A DNA stretch of 64,000 nt from the human T2T-CHM13v2.0 reference genome, Homo sapiens. The first letter of the stretch is position 1. Every line of letters starts with the position of its first letter. Positions 14,330-25,905 of this stretch are shown here, piece by piece. The stretch lies in NCBI RefSeq assembly GCF_009914755.1, contig NC_060946.1; one strand, given 5' to 3'. The position numbers and the translations under genes were made by a program. The notes beneath the pieces are model-generated. The model searched no databases and had not been told where the DNA came from. It saw only the letters and a list, made by a program, of their open reading frames with translations.

Positions 14330-14450
14330 AATTAAAGGCCCTGAGAAGGCCCGCAGTAATGAAACCTATTGAATCTTGTTTCATCCAAAGATTTCTGAAC
14401 TTAATCACTTTTTTAAGTGTGGCATGGAACTTACTTGGGAAGTATCAGCT
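14330..14450 (+). mobile_element. MER103-like hAT-Charlie fragment
   Basis: ggccctgagaaggcccgcagtaatgaaacctattgaatcttgttt..cttacttgggaagt resembles MER103C. Confidence 0.55.
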
Positions 14451-14901
14451 TCATCTAACAATGTTCCTTCCCTACTCTTCCTTCTTTGCCAATGAAAAGT
14501 TTATGTTTTAAGAAAAGACACTTTTCAGATGCCCCAGTTCCTCAAGGAAGAACTAATGACCTCTCCTGTGTACCCAGAAGAGATGAGTTTGAGACTCTGT
14601 TGGAGAATTGGCATGGACATCTTTTCCTCAGAGCTTGTCTGTGGCTCTGCATTCCTTAAAGGCAGGTGCTACGGGGGAGAAGATGGCCTGGCAGTCAGAT
14701 ACAAGTTCAAATCCCAGATCCACCACTTGGTGGCTGAGCTTCCCTGGCCTGTCACTAAAATTCTCTGTGACTTAGTTTGCTTGCCTGTCAAATAGGATAA
14801 TCATACCCATATCCCCAGAGTCTGGGAGAGTTTATTGAGATAACACAAATGAAATGTGGGGCTCCTGGGAGGAGCTCGGTGCATTCTGGTGTGTGTGTTT
14901 G

Positions 14902-15293
14902 TTTACTGAGATAAATTTTATGTAATATAAAATTAACCATTTACAGTCTGCAATGCAGTAGCATTTAGTGCCTTCACAATGGTGGCAACCATCATCTCTA
15001 TCCAGTTCTGACTTTTTCATCAACCCTAAAGGAAATCCCGGCAGTATCAGTCACCACGTCTCTCCCCCAGCGCCTGGCAACCACCAAGCTGCTTTCTGTC
15101 TCTGTAGATTTGCCCATTCCGAATATTTTATATCAATGGAATTGTACAATATACAGTCTTTTGTGTCTGGCTTCTTAGCATAATGTTTTCTAAGGCTCAT
15201 CAATGTTGTAGCGTGTATCAGAACTTTATTCCTTTATGTGTTTCAATAATATTCCATTGTATGGATATGGCACATTTTATTTATCCATTCATC
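14902..15293 (-). mobile_element. L1MB-type LINE 3' UTR fragment
   Basis: tttactgagataaattt..gcaaccatcatctctatccagtt..ctggcaaccaccaagctgctttctgtctctgtagatttgcccatt..ataatattccattgtatggatat. Confidence 0.9.
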
Positions 15294-15419
15294 ACTCAGT
15301 ACATTCTCCAGTGGAATTATCCAAGGCACTCACTTCTCTCCTTTGGCTAAAGGGTGAAGCTTTACTCAAATCCACTTGTAGAAACCACACTAGAGTTAGG
15401 GTTTAAAAATTAACACCAG

Positions 15420-15605
15420 ATAGTGGGGTGTGGTTTGTGGAACTCTGGACTGGAAGTCAGGAGACCGGGACTTTGTTTCTGAGTTTGCTGTGTGACTTTG
15501 AGAATCTCCTTTCCCCTCTGTGGGCCTCAGTCTTCCCGCCTGTAAAATGGAACTGGGTCAAGATGATTTTCTGATTACTTTCTGCTCCAACATCCCATGA
15601 TTTTA
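15420..15605 (+). mobile_element. MIR/MIR3 SINE
   Basis: ctctggactggaagtcaggagacc..gctgtgtgactttg..ctctgtgggcctcagtcttcccgcctgtaaaatgg. Confidence 0.75.
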
Positions 15606-15984
15606 GTTGTCTCTTGAGTTTCCAACAGGGTGCAAATACCTGGAGAGAAACTCTTATTAGGGATATCAGAAGGCTGTTTTGTCATATTCCTGATTCACAT
15701 ATCAGGCCTAGGGGTGACATAGGCAAAGGGGAGTCAGTGTTTCCATTTGTAAAATCAGGAGGGAAGTGTGGACCCAGGCTTCAGCTTTACGCATCTGTGA
15801 ATTACACACTCACTGCAATGGAGCTGGCATTTCTGCAGCTCCTCCTGATCAGTGTGCTGGTGGGACTGTGATTACTCAAACTTGGTTTTAAAACATCAAC
15901 ATCCATGCATAGGACCCTCTGCCAACAGCCTGGTCACCTGCACTCCAGGTAAAGGTTCTATTGAATTCCAATGTGGTATCTGCA

Positions 15985-16195
15985 AGCGCTCAGTATCTGG
16001 ATTTTCTCATTGGTAGCTCCTCATTGAGACATATTTTGACAAATTAAGGATGTCTGTGTTTATTTCTGTTAAAATGGTGCCCTGTTTGCTATTGGTGAGC
16101 AGGATCTAATTAGAAATTAATGAACATGCTAGCATGGCAGCCCCACCACTGTCAGCAGTGATTTTAAGAGCTACATGGTCAATAGCAGCGGAGGG
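15985..16195. promoter_or_regulatory. Candidate enhancer
   Basis: Repeat-free; caaattaa, tgtttat, ctaattagaaattaatg, catgctagcatg palindrome, ctgtca (MEIS/TGIF-like). Confidence 0.35.
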
Positions 16196-17111
16196 AAGAG
16201 CTTGGCGTTCTGGGGAATCCACTGCACTTGCTCTCTGAGTTCAGCGATCAGGCCTAGGGGAGGGAGACTCCTACAGCTGGGTCTTAGAGGAAGGGTCTAC
16301 TGGCCAGAAGTCATCTGTGGGCAAACAGGTCACCATGAGGAAATCACACATCTCCTGGGTGCTCTGAGTCTAATAGCAATGGCACTGGGCAAATTACAAA
16401 AGGTAGCGTCAGCTTACAGGGCAGACTCCATGAGGGCAAGATCCGCATTGTATTGTTTATTTTGTTTATGTTATCTATCCAGCACTAGCACAGGGCTTCA
16501 CCCACGGTGGGTGCTTAATGAATATTTGTAACTTGCCCTAAAGCCATGATGCTGGCATGTAGCAATTGTGGGATTTGAATTTAGGCAACCTTAGACTAGA
16601 AGATATGTGCTTCCTTCCTGACACAATCTTTCTTGTTCTGCACATACCACATGGTGCTGTCATTGTCAGGCCATTTGTCCATCTCCTTTCCTGGGCCATG
16701 AATTGTTTAAGTGAAGGAGGAGTGTTCTTTTTCACCTTCATATTTCTGATCCCTAGCACAGGGTCAGACCTACAGTAGGTGTTCAATAAACGCTTGTCAC
16801 ATTGAGTTGGATGAGATCTCAGTGAGCCACAGGAAATTTTTCTGCAGCAGAACAGACTAGAGTTTTAGACTGAGACCTGGTACTCTTGCATATCCCAGCA
16901 CCCAGCCCTGAGCCTGATATGTATCAGAGCTTAATATTTGGGGTTAAACTGAAATGTATGTATCCCACCCCATTCAGCCCCAAAAGAATGGCCACTTTGC
17001 ATTCAAGCGCAGTGTTGTCATTCAAGTTACGTTTCCTGAGGGCCAGTTATAATTAGGACATGTTCCCGTCATCTGCATTTTTAAAATAAGTGAATGGAAA
17101 CTCCCAGGGGG

Positions 17112-17600
17112 TGACTTAGATTGGGTTCCCAGGAAACAGATTCTGAGATGGAAATTTGTATGTGGAATGTTTATTGGGGAGTGCGCTTGGGAGATGTACC
17201 TGGAAAAAGGGAGGCAAGGAAGGAAAGAAGGAAGAAGAGAGAGGGAGGGAGGGAGGGAGAGAAAGGAGGAGGAAGGGAAGAAGGGAAGGATTGGGCAGAG
17301 GGTTGATCCACCATGCAGTTGCTACTGAGATCTTAGTGGATCATACAGAGAGCTCTGGAGTGGGAATAGAACTTCAGAGTCATCTCAAGTTGAGAGATGA
17401 GAGCTGAGTCCTTGTGTATCCATCTTAGTCCCTGGGAAGAGATATGACCTTGGGTGGTGCAATTCCTCACCACCAAGGGCATCACAGTGAGGGATGCAGC
17501 TATAAGCCATCAGGAGCCAAAATTCTCAGCAGCTGAGGATAGCAGGGTGTGTGTGCCAGCCCTGAAGAGGGTGTCTCTATAGGTGGATTGCTATAGTAAC
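17112..17600 (-). mobile_element. ERVL solo LTR (LTR33-like) with GA-rich expansion at 17205-17290
   Basis: gggttcccaggaaacagattctgagatggaaattt..gtttattggggagtgcgcttggga..ggattgggcagaggg..gagagctctggag..ctcagcagctgagga. Confidence 0.75.
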
Positions 17601-17979
17601 TAGAGGGATAGTGGGTCCCTGTGTCCCTCACCTTCTAAGTGACAGACCCGAGAGTTAACCCTGGTTTCTGAAACCTGGGTATTTGTTTACTACATCAATG
17701 GACTCACCCTACAGTAACGATACAAGGCACACCTGCCCCTATTATACAAAAGATCACAAACCACTGATTTGGGAGATTGGAGGAGAAGATAATGGCTGGT
17801 AGGTATCTGGTCTGGGCAATGACCATTGTCAACTAAAGGACAAAGGCAAGACAATGCTGAACTGTGATCAGAACAAGTGGGAGGATTGCCATTTCATAGG
17901 CATGACTAGAACTCAAACTTCCAAGACTCTTATCACAGTGCTTGCTCTACTGTGTCACACCTTATGGAAAGGGGAGGAC

Positions 17980-18265
17980 AACTAATAATTATTTTAAATC
18001 CACCATGTGCCAGGCTCCTTGTGATAAGGGCTGCCTTCTTCTCCTTCTTTGCTTGCTCCTCCTCCTCCTCTCTCTCCTCCTCTTTCTCTTTTTTCTTTTC
18101 TTTTCACCCTCATCCATCTTCTCTGGTATTCCTTTTCTCATTGAATCCTCACAACAACCCTGGGAGACAGCACTAATGTATGCCCAGTTTACAGATGGGG
18201 ACACTAAAGACTCTGAGAATTAAAATGGCATGCCCCAGGTCACAGCGGTGGTAAGCAGAGAATAA
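17980..18265 (-). mobile_element. MIR with internal CT-rich repeat (18035-18105)
   Basis: ccaccatgtgccaggctc..tctcattgaatcctcacaacaaccctgggag..cccagtttacagatggggacactaaagactctgaga. Confidence 0.8.
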
Positions 18266-19118
18266 GGAAGACAGAAAGACCTCAAAGCAACCTTCCCTAC
18301 CCATGAGTTCAACATTAAGAGTTTGGTTTTGGAACTTTAAGTTAAAGTGCCTGTAGATTTTCAGACATGTTACAATTCATCCCTGGGGGAGGTCATACAG
18401 ATCCCACAACCACAAAGTGGCTTTCTGTGGATATAGTCATTGTTCCTCAGACCCAGTTCCAACCAGTGATGATCAAGCGCTCATCAGGGGAGTGGCAGCT
18501 AGTGGGATAGTCCAACGGATGCTCACATTGGGCCGGTAGAGCATCATTAGAGATGCTCTGCAGCTTGACCCACCTGTCTTTGTGACGAAGACTTGCTTTA
18601 TTTTGTTTATCTCCCTTCCCTGACATGCAAAATATTCCCAGATTAAATTGCAGAGGAAACACACAGCTTCATGGCATCCTTATCTAGGGAAACTCTGGGT
18701 TTCTGACAGCCATTTACCTAGTGGGGTGCCAGTGACATTAGGAAGGATGGAGTCGGCGGGGGCAATGGAATATCTCCAATCACATGAGGCGTGAGGTCTA
18801 CCTGAAGGGGTGGCTGAGAAAACCTCTTATAAGAACTCTCTTCCCTTCTCTTTGCCCTTGCGATTCCCAATGATACTGAAGGTTTCTGCAAAACATTCTA
18901 CTTGAAATGTACCAAAAACAAGAGGGTTGGAGAGAGGTGCAGTCTCATGTTGGGATGTCAGATGCATCTTGTAGTAGGGGTTCAATAATTATTTGTTAAA
19001 TAAATGAATAAACCAGGTACCAGGGACGATCTAGACACATGCATACATTAGTTATTTTTTTCAAAGCACTCTTTGGGGATAGGTATTATCCTCATTTCTG
19101 AGAGGAGGAAGGCAGGGA

Positions 19119-19582
19119 TGTAGCAGCAGAGGCTGTAATAGATGCTGCCAGGGATCTGCCCCTCCCCCTTTGACACTCTTGTTGACACAAACACCTTTGA
19201 CTCTCAGCGTGGGAGCTTTCTACTGGCCACAGGGCCATGCTTAGCCCCTTCATGAAACATGTCAGAAGTGCTTGAGAGTTAATGGCCTTGGGGCAGTTCT
19301 CAATCACAGATGGGAGTTGGTGTACTAATATCCCAGTCTCCCAGGCAGGAAAACTGAACCACATGCTCTATGCTGTCTCCCAGAGTCCTCCAGTGGGATT
19401 GAGCTACAGTTGCCCACTGTGGTTATTTGCTTGGTCATCTACTCTGCATTGACTTTCTTCCCTTCCCTGTCTCACTTCCCTACTCATATATCTGTGTTTC
19501 TTGGGATCATCACTCATGTCAACTACTACAACTAGAATCCTTCTCTCCAAGTGCACTTCTAGTGGAAGCCGAACCACAAGAG
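19119..19582 (+). mobile_element. ERVL solo LTR (LTR16C-like), inserted in a MIR
   Basis: gatgggagttggtgtactaatatcccag..tgtctcccagagtcctccagtgggattgagctacagttgcccac..cttcccttccctgtctcacttccctactc; MIR core on both sides. Confidence 0.8.
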
Positions 19583-19807
19583 GGACTCAGAGAGGTAGAG
19601 AAGTGCTCCTGTGTCCACAGCAGGTGGGAAGCTGAACGAAGATTTGAACTTGTGCCTTGCACCAATGCCTGCCCTCTGTCTAGTATTGCTTCTTCACCCA
19701 AGTACTCATTTTAATCTCCATGAAACCATTTAGAAAACAATAGCCATCATGTATCAAGTGCTCAGGGTATATCAGATACAGAACTGAGCACTGTACATAC
19801 TTTACCT

Positions 19808-20115
19808 CAAGGTTTGTCCAACTTGGTCATGAGCACAATACCTTCAGTCCCAATGTGCTCACCTACCACCTGTTCGTATGACCTTTTTAATAAAATTCTC
19901 CAAATAAATCCAGTTACTTTTTAAATAAACAAAATAACTTTTCATGGGAATATTAGTTTTCCTCCGTGAATAGCAAAGTGAAATCACTTTCTGTAAGTAC
20001 AAGCTAATTTGTAAACTAAAGACTTAAATTAAGTATAAAATGTTTAATTGTCTTCCTATTTAAAATTTATTGTATATCTTTGGCAGTTTATGGCTCACAC
20101 TTTGGTCAACTCTGT
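19808..20115. mobile_element. hAT-Charlie-type MITE inside a MIR
   Basis: AT-rich 300 bp bounded by caaggtttgtccaact..cacactttggtcaactctg; antisense MIR on both sides. Confidence 0.45.
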
Positions 20116-20856
20116 ACCATATCTATGAGGTAGGCACCTTTATCTTTCCCGTTTTTTGAAGAAAGAAAACTGAGGCTCTGAAGGTGAATTGACCCATCTG
20201 GAAAAAATGGCACAGCAGGGAATTGAGCCTAGCTTCAGTCAATAGAAAGCTCTTAGCCACTGAACCCATAGAATCAAGGAGACAATGAACTTCCCATGAG
20301 TTGAGTAGCGTCTGCATTACAGTATCATGTTGAAAACAGCAACATTTCTTCCATTTCTCTTTTTTTCCTCATTAAAAAGGCAACGATGCTTGTTTTTATG
20401 GGAATTGAAAAAGAACATATCAATGGAAGCGATAAGACTTAATGCTTAAGCCCCCCTTCTTTGGCCGTTTCTGTGTCAATGTCTTTGATCTTTGAAAGCC
20501 ATCCCTGAGGGAACATTATTCTTGACCTTCTCATTACCACATTCAACATGGTGATCCTGGCATACAGCAGCACTGAGCTTGTTTACATAACCATGCTCAG
20601 AATTTCCCATGAGCACTTTGGAAGGTTCCCCACCATTGCCTCATGTTCCCTTCCCACCAGGTCTTCCCTCCTCTTCTTGAGAACTACTACAACTAGAATC
20701 CTTCTCTCCAAGTGCACTTGGAGAGTGCCCAATGGCCCCCTTATGCTTTAATATGCTGTTGCAGAAAGGCAGAGAGTAGGAGAAGCCCAGCAACTATCTG
20801 TATGGATGGGTCACTTTTAACTCTGACACTGGACACGTGCAGAAGTTCTCAGAATT

Positions 20857-21327
20857 TATTAGGTTAAACCAGCATTTCTTAAAATGAGACTCCTGGGTAA
20901 ACTTGAGATGCTTTCAGGAGATACCGTAGTGAAAAACTATTTTTATTATAATGTTAAGATATCATTTGTTCTGTCTCTCATTTTCCTATGAGTACACAAC
21001 AGAGTTTTCCAACAAATGCTATTATTTGCTATGTGCCAATTACTTTCTAGAGGCTATGTGACATGGAATGATGTCATCGCTTCGACAATTAATGGAAGAT
21101 GGGCTTGTATATCTTGTATATTTTCATGTTTTAAATATTTCTTAATTTTAATTTCGAATATGGTAAATATCTAGAGCTATACCCCACTTACACAAATGCT
21201 TTGAGGAGTGCTTAACAATTCTTAAGAGGATAAGAGGGTCCTGAGACCAGAAAGTTAAACCGTATGAAGTTGATGATATTTGACAACGTTTAACCTATAA
21301 AGATGGCAGCTTCATGTCAGCCTGATA
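20857..21327. mobile_element. MADE2 mariner MITE split by a hAT-Charlie element (about 20870-21255)
   Basis: tattaggttaaacc ... gttaaaccgtatgaagttg..tttaacctataaagatggcagcttcatg..cctgata (MADE2-like); Charlie-like end ttaagaggataagagggtcctgagaccagaaagtt. Confidence 0.6.
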
Positions 21328-21659
21328 TTTACACAAGGTTGTTAAAAAACCCACACATGCCTTTTCCTTGGCTTGAGCAGTCTCTCTTCCCCTCCTAAGT
21401 AAGCTCCTTCTTGTGTTTCAGAGTTCATCACAACTTTCGCCTCCTCCAGGAAGTGGTCTCTGAGCCCTCTGGCCATGTGCCTCTCCTTCGATGCACTCAT
21501 TGTGGTTGAAAGTTTACATTTGTCTATCTGGTACTTTCACTAATGATGTCTGACTCCCACCCACACTACGAGCTTCCTGTGTACCAGGACCATAAGTGAT
21601 TTTGTTCATCAGTGGACCCTCAAACCCACAGAGCAAGTATTAACAGAGGGCATTGTTTG

Positions 21660-21980
21660 TTAATCCATCCATCCACCCATCCATTCATCCATCCATCAGT
21701 CCATCTGTCCGTCTATCCACTAATCTATCCATCCATCCATCCATCCATCTATCCCCTAATCTATCTATCCATTCATCCATCTGTCCATCCATCCATCCAT
21801 CCATCCCTCCATCCACCCATCCTTCTATCCCCTAATCTATCTATCCATTCATCCATCTATCCATCCATCCATCCATCCATCCATCCATCCATCCATCCAT
21901 CCATCCATTTGTCCATCTATCCATTAATCCATCTATCCATCCATCCATCCACCCATCCATTCATCTATCCATTCAGTCAT
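21660..21980. repeat. (CCAT)n/(CTAT)n degenerate microsatellite
   Basis: About 320 bp of ccatccatccat with recurring variant unit tatcccctaatctatctatccattcatccat. Confidence 0.95.
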
Positions 21981-22057
21981 CTAACATTTATTAACATAAG
22001 CTGAGTGTCCAGCTCTGGACTTGGCAGTTTACTTAACTTCCTATTTAATCTTGAGAG

Positions 22058-22419
22058 ATATCAAAGAGAAATTACTCTGGACATTTGGTGAAAACAGCAA
22101 GATACATTTTATTCAAGCTACTGCAATAGAGGAGAGTGACTTAAGCATATAACTGAGCTCAACTCTGAATCTAGTAAGGGCATCTGGGGATTTATAGCCA
22201 ATGGGCAGGATGAGAGAATAAGTGGATGGAAAATGACAAAGAGGAACTTGATTAGACATAAGAGTGGGGAGATTCTTGTTAAACTTGCTTAGCAGGATTT
22301 TTTTTTTTGCTAAACCTGAGTTTTACAGGCCAAGGATGGCAGGTCAAGGAAAAGGCCTAGTTGGGAAGAGGTCTTGGAAGAGACTGACTAATGTTTGGTA
22401 AAGGTGGGAGTCCTTGTCA
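22058..22419 (-). mobile_element. ERV1 solo LTR (MER31-like)
   Basis: Ends aggcctagttgggaagagg..gactgactaatgtttggtaaaggtgggagtccttgtca; internal aactgagctcaactctgaat, ttgcttagcaggatt. Confidence 0.75.
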
Positions 22420-23619
22420 GGGGGAGGTTCAATTTTCTAGATAAATAAACTGAGGCTCAGAGATGATCTCAGGCTGAAAGGTGGTAGAGCATGTTCAAAC
22501 TAGATCTGAAAGATCTAGTTTTGTACTCTTTCCACAGTCCTTAGTGCCCCTCTGCAGAGGGAAGGAATCCTAGAAGACTTCTGAGAAGTGGTGACTTTTC
22601 AGCTAGACACTAACTCACAAAGTATGATACAGTGTCTTCATTGGGGCCTCTTCTCAGCCTTACTGTCATCTATGTACTCCATCAGTATTCTTTAGGTAGG
22701 ACGCTAGAAGCTGAGGTTACAGAGAAATATTAGACAAATAGGAGCAAAGAAATGAATAAACAAGTAAACACAACTGTAACTGTGAGATACCACAGTGTGG
22801 TATGAAAAAGGAAGGATGATAATAGGTTGCTATGAGAAAAGGAAAAAAAAAACTAGGTTGGGAGGGAACATCTATTTTAGAAATTCTCAAGTAAGTGATT
22901 TCTCTATCAGAGCCTCTTGGGAAAAGTCCTGCTTTGGGGAAAATTTTTAAGAGAGGATTGAAGGCACAATTTCTTTATCAAAAATGAGCTGTCACATTCT
23001 CTGATTAGATATTGGTGCATCTCTTTTGGCTGTAGCGTTGACAATAATCACTACCAAATGCTATTACTTCTATGTGCTAAGAACCTGAATGTATTTATTC
23101 CTTGAATCCTGACAGTCACCCTATAAGGCAGGTACAACTATTGGCTCCACTGTACAGATGCAGAAACTGAGACTCAGAGCTGCATTGAAGCCCAGATCTG
23201 AGGCCAGAATCCATGCTCTTTTCCACTACATTATCTATGGAGGTCCAAGGGCTTCCTTCTTTCCCAGCTGGAGGAGGTAGTTAGTGACGGCCCCAGAGGA
23301 TGCACATTTGTGTGTGTGTGTTGGGGTTGGGGAGGGAGTCATGGCAGCTGATCACCAGACTTTAAACACTCATGATCCTTAGGAAAGGGAAGCTGAGTTG
23401 CATGGTGGTCACAATCAGACACATTTGAGTCAGCAGACATGGGTATTCTCCCTCCTCTGCCTGTCCTAGCTATGTGACCATGATGACTTCTTCACCTGGC
23501 ACCTCAGTTTCCTTCTGTGTTAAATGGGATTAATACTTCTTCATGAAAGTTAAATGAAGCAGCACAAGCCCAGGATCAAGGATGCACCCCATTCTTTCTC
23601 TCCCTTCCTTCTTCCCCCA

Positions 23620-23910
23620 CAGCTCCGCAGTAAGGTTATTGGGGCACTTCTAATTTGTGTTTCTTAAGTGTGGGATATTTGGCTCCAAAGCCAAAGCCGG
23701 GTTCACCAGCTTCCAATTTGGCCTCTTCCTTACCCCTAAGAGGGGCTGTTTGACTACAGGCCAATGCTTTGTTAATAAGAATGCAGTGTGCCTGTCACCT
23801 TTAAAGCACTACACATTCTGAAAAGTTCCTCCAAGTCTGGGAGCCATTAATCATCCTCTGTAATTAAATAACACAGCAACCTGTAATTAGGGCATTGATT
23901 TGTTGGTTTA
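23620..23910. promoter_or_regulatory. Candidate enhancer
   Basis: Repeat-free; ccattaatcat, gtaattaaat, ctgtaattag, ctttgtt, cctgtca. Confidence 0.35.
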
Positions 23911-24212
23911 ATTGTGTACTCTTGGGCTCCCCTCTAGCCTGTGAGCTCCATGAGGGCAAGAATTACATCCATTTTTTATTCACAGCTGGGTCCCTAGTGC
24001 CTTCCCCAGTGCCTGGTACTCAGAAGGCTCTCAATAAATGTTGGTTGAATAAAGAAGTGGGTGGACATAGGGGCTCATGGTTCAGTGTCTCCCAGGCATT
24101 ATACTAAGTTCAAGAGAGGGGTTGGCAGTTAGCAAGGAAAGTCAGTCATAATAATGATTCTTTGTATTTGGGCTGTGCTTCATAGTTTAGATAACACTCA
24201 ATACCAATGTGT

Positions 24213-24622
24213 GCTGATGATGAAAATGATGATGGTGATGGAGATAATGGTGATGTTTGATGATGGCGATGGTGATGATAAGGATGGTAATGATGGCAAT
24301 GGTATTGGTGATAATAGCAATGATGACAATAATAGTGGTGATGGTGATAATGATGGTGATGATGATGGTGGTGATAATGGTGATGATAATAGTTAGGATG
24401 ATAATGGTTAGAATAATGATGATGATGATAGTGTTGATAATAATGGTGATGACAATGAAGGTGCTGATGGCAATGGTGATGATGGTGATGATGACAATAA
24501 TGGTGATAATGGTGATGATGGTAATGATGATGATGATGACATCATGATGATAGTGATGATGATGATGATGGTGGCGATGATGATGGCTGATGATGACAAT
24601 GGTGATGATGATAATGATGATA
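24213..24622. repeat. (GAT/GGT/AAT)n degenerate trinucleotide repeat
   Basis: About 400 bp of gatgatggtgatgataat; source of the M/V/I-rich and D/G/N-rich pseudo-ORFs. Confidence 0.95.
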
Positions 24623-24830
24623 CCATTTCTTGAATTTTGTTATGTACCAGGTATTTTATATGCATCATCATCACATAATTATCACAATAACTCTATGTTT
24701 ATTATTTCCATTTCAGTTACAAAGAAACAAGACTCAAAGTGTTTGCTCAAAGCAATCCAGCAGATAAGGGGCAGAGTTGAGACACAAACTCACACCTGTC
24801 TAACTTTGCTCTCAACCATGAAACTCTAAT
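24610..24830 (-). mobile_element. MIR SINE
   Basis: ataatgataccatttcttgaattttgttatgtaccagg..tatcacaataactctatg..acaaagaaacaagactcaaag..ataaggggcagagttgag. Confidence 0.7.
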
Positions 24831-25479
24831 GCCTTTCTTTGACCATGATCTCAATTAATCCTGTCAAGCATATAATAAGACAGTCACCACTGTCACATTT
24901 TTGCAGATGAGGAAGAACTTCAGAGAGAGAAGAGACCTGGCTAAGGTCACACAGATCAAGAGGGCCAGGGTGATGACTAGAATCCTATTTTTCTGATTTC
25001 CAACGTGGAGCTTTTTTTACTACAGGACAAAACGCAGGAGATTTGGGGGATCTGAAAACAGAAGATAACACAGAGGCAAGATACTTGGATCCTAATTCTG
25101 GCATTGCCTCTTACTAGCCATATGAACTTGGGCATATCATTGAAACTCAATTTTCTCATCCATAAAATAGCCATTTTAAGAGGATTTTACTGAGATCATA
25201 GGTATGGGAATAACTTCTAAGACAAAGAGCTCTATGCTTTCAATATTGTCAATTCCAATGCCTTGATAAGTCAACATATCCATGCCTTTGACAGTCCAGT
25301 GACATTTTTGAGCAGTCAGTTTCTCTGCTAAAATTAGTCACCTCTAAAATCCTTCTGGCTCTGACATTCTATGGCACCCAAGTAGTAACATAAAATGCTT
25401 TATTCAAAAAATGGAAAAGAGACATGATGTCCAAATGCCAGACTTCAATGTTGGTAATATTGATAAGAAAAGGCCCATT

Positions 25480-25905
25480 ACTCACTATGTTCTAGTCACC
25501 TGGCTCATCTTCCCATCCAGAAAACATTTCATTTTCAGTCTCATCACAAGGCCTTTGCTCTGGGTGTTTTCTTGCCTGGAACAAGCTCCCCATTCGATTC
25601 AGTAGGATGTCAGCTCAGACATCGTCTCCACAGAGAAGCCTTCTTACCCACCGCTATCTAAAGAAGTGCTACCCACTCCATCCCCCATCACCACTCTTTC
25701 CCAACCCGTTGTTCTGTTGTTTTTTCAGCATTCACCAAACCAGCTGGAATTACCTAGTCAGTATATTCTATTCTCTTCTCTGTCTCCAGCATGAAAACAT
25801 GTGTCTCACAAAAGTGGGACTGGTATCCCCAATGCCTGAATAAGTGACCAGCAAAAAAATAAGCATTTAATAAATATTAGTGTAATAAAGTACTGAATAA
25901 ATGAA
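25480..25905 (+). mobile_element. L2 3' end
   Basis: ggcctttgctctgggtgttttcttgcctggaac..tcagctcagacatcgtctccacagagaagccttc..aagcatttaataaatatt..tgaataaatgaat. Confidence 0.75.

Noticed and set aside
21612-22004. 130-aa HPSI-repeat ORF (also 44387-44680 and 53338-53721)
   Set aside because: Translation of (CCAT)n microsatellites, which lack stop codons in these frames.
24154-24829. Met/Val/Ile-rich, Asp/Gly-rich and Ser-rich ORFs
   Set aside because: Products of a degenerate trinucleotide repeat.
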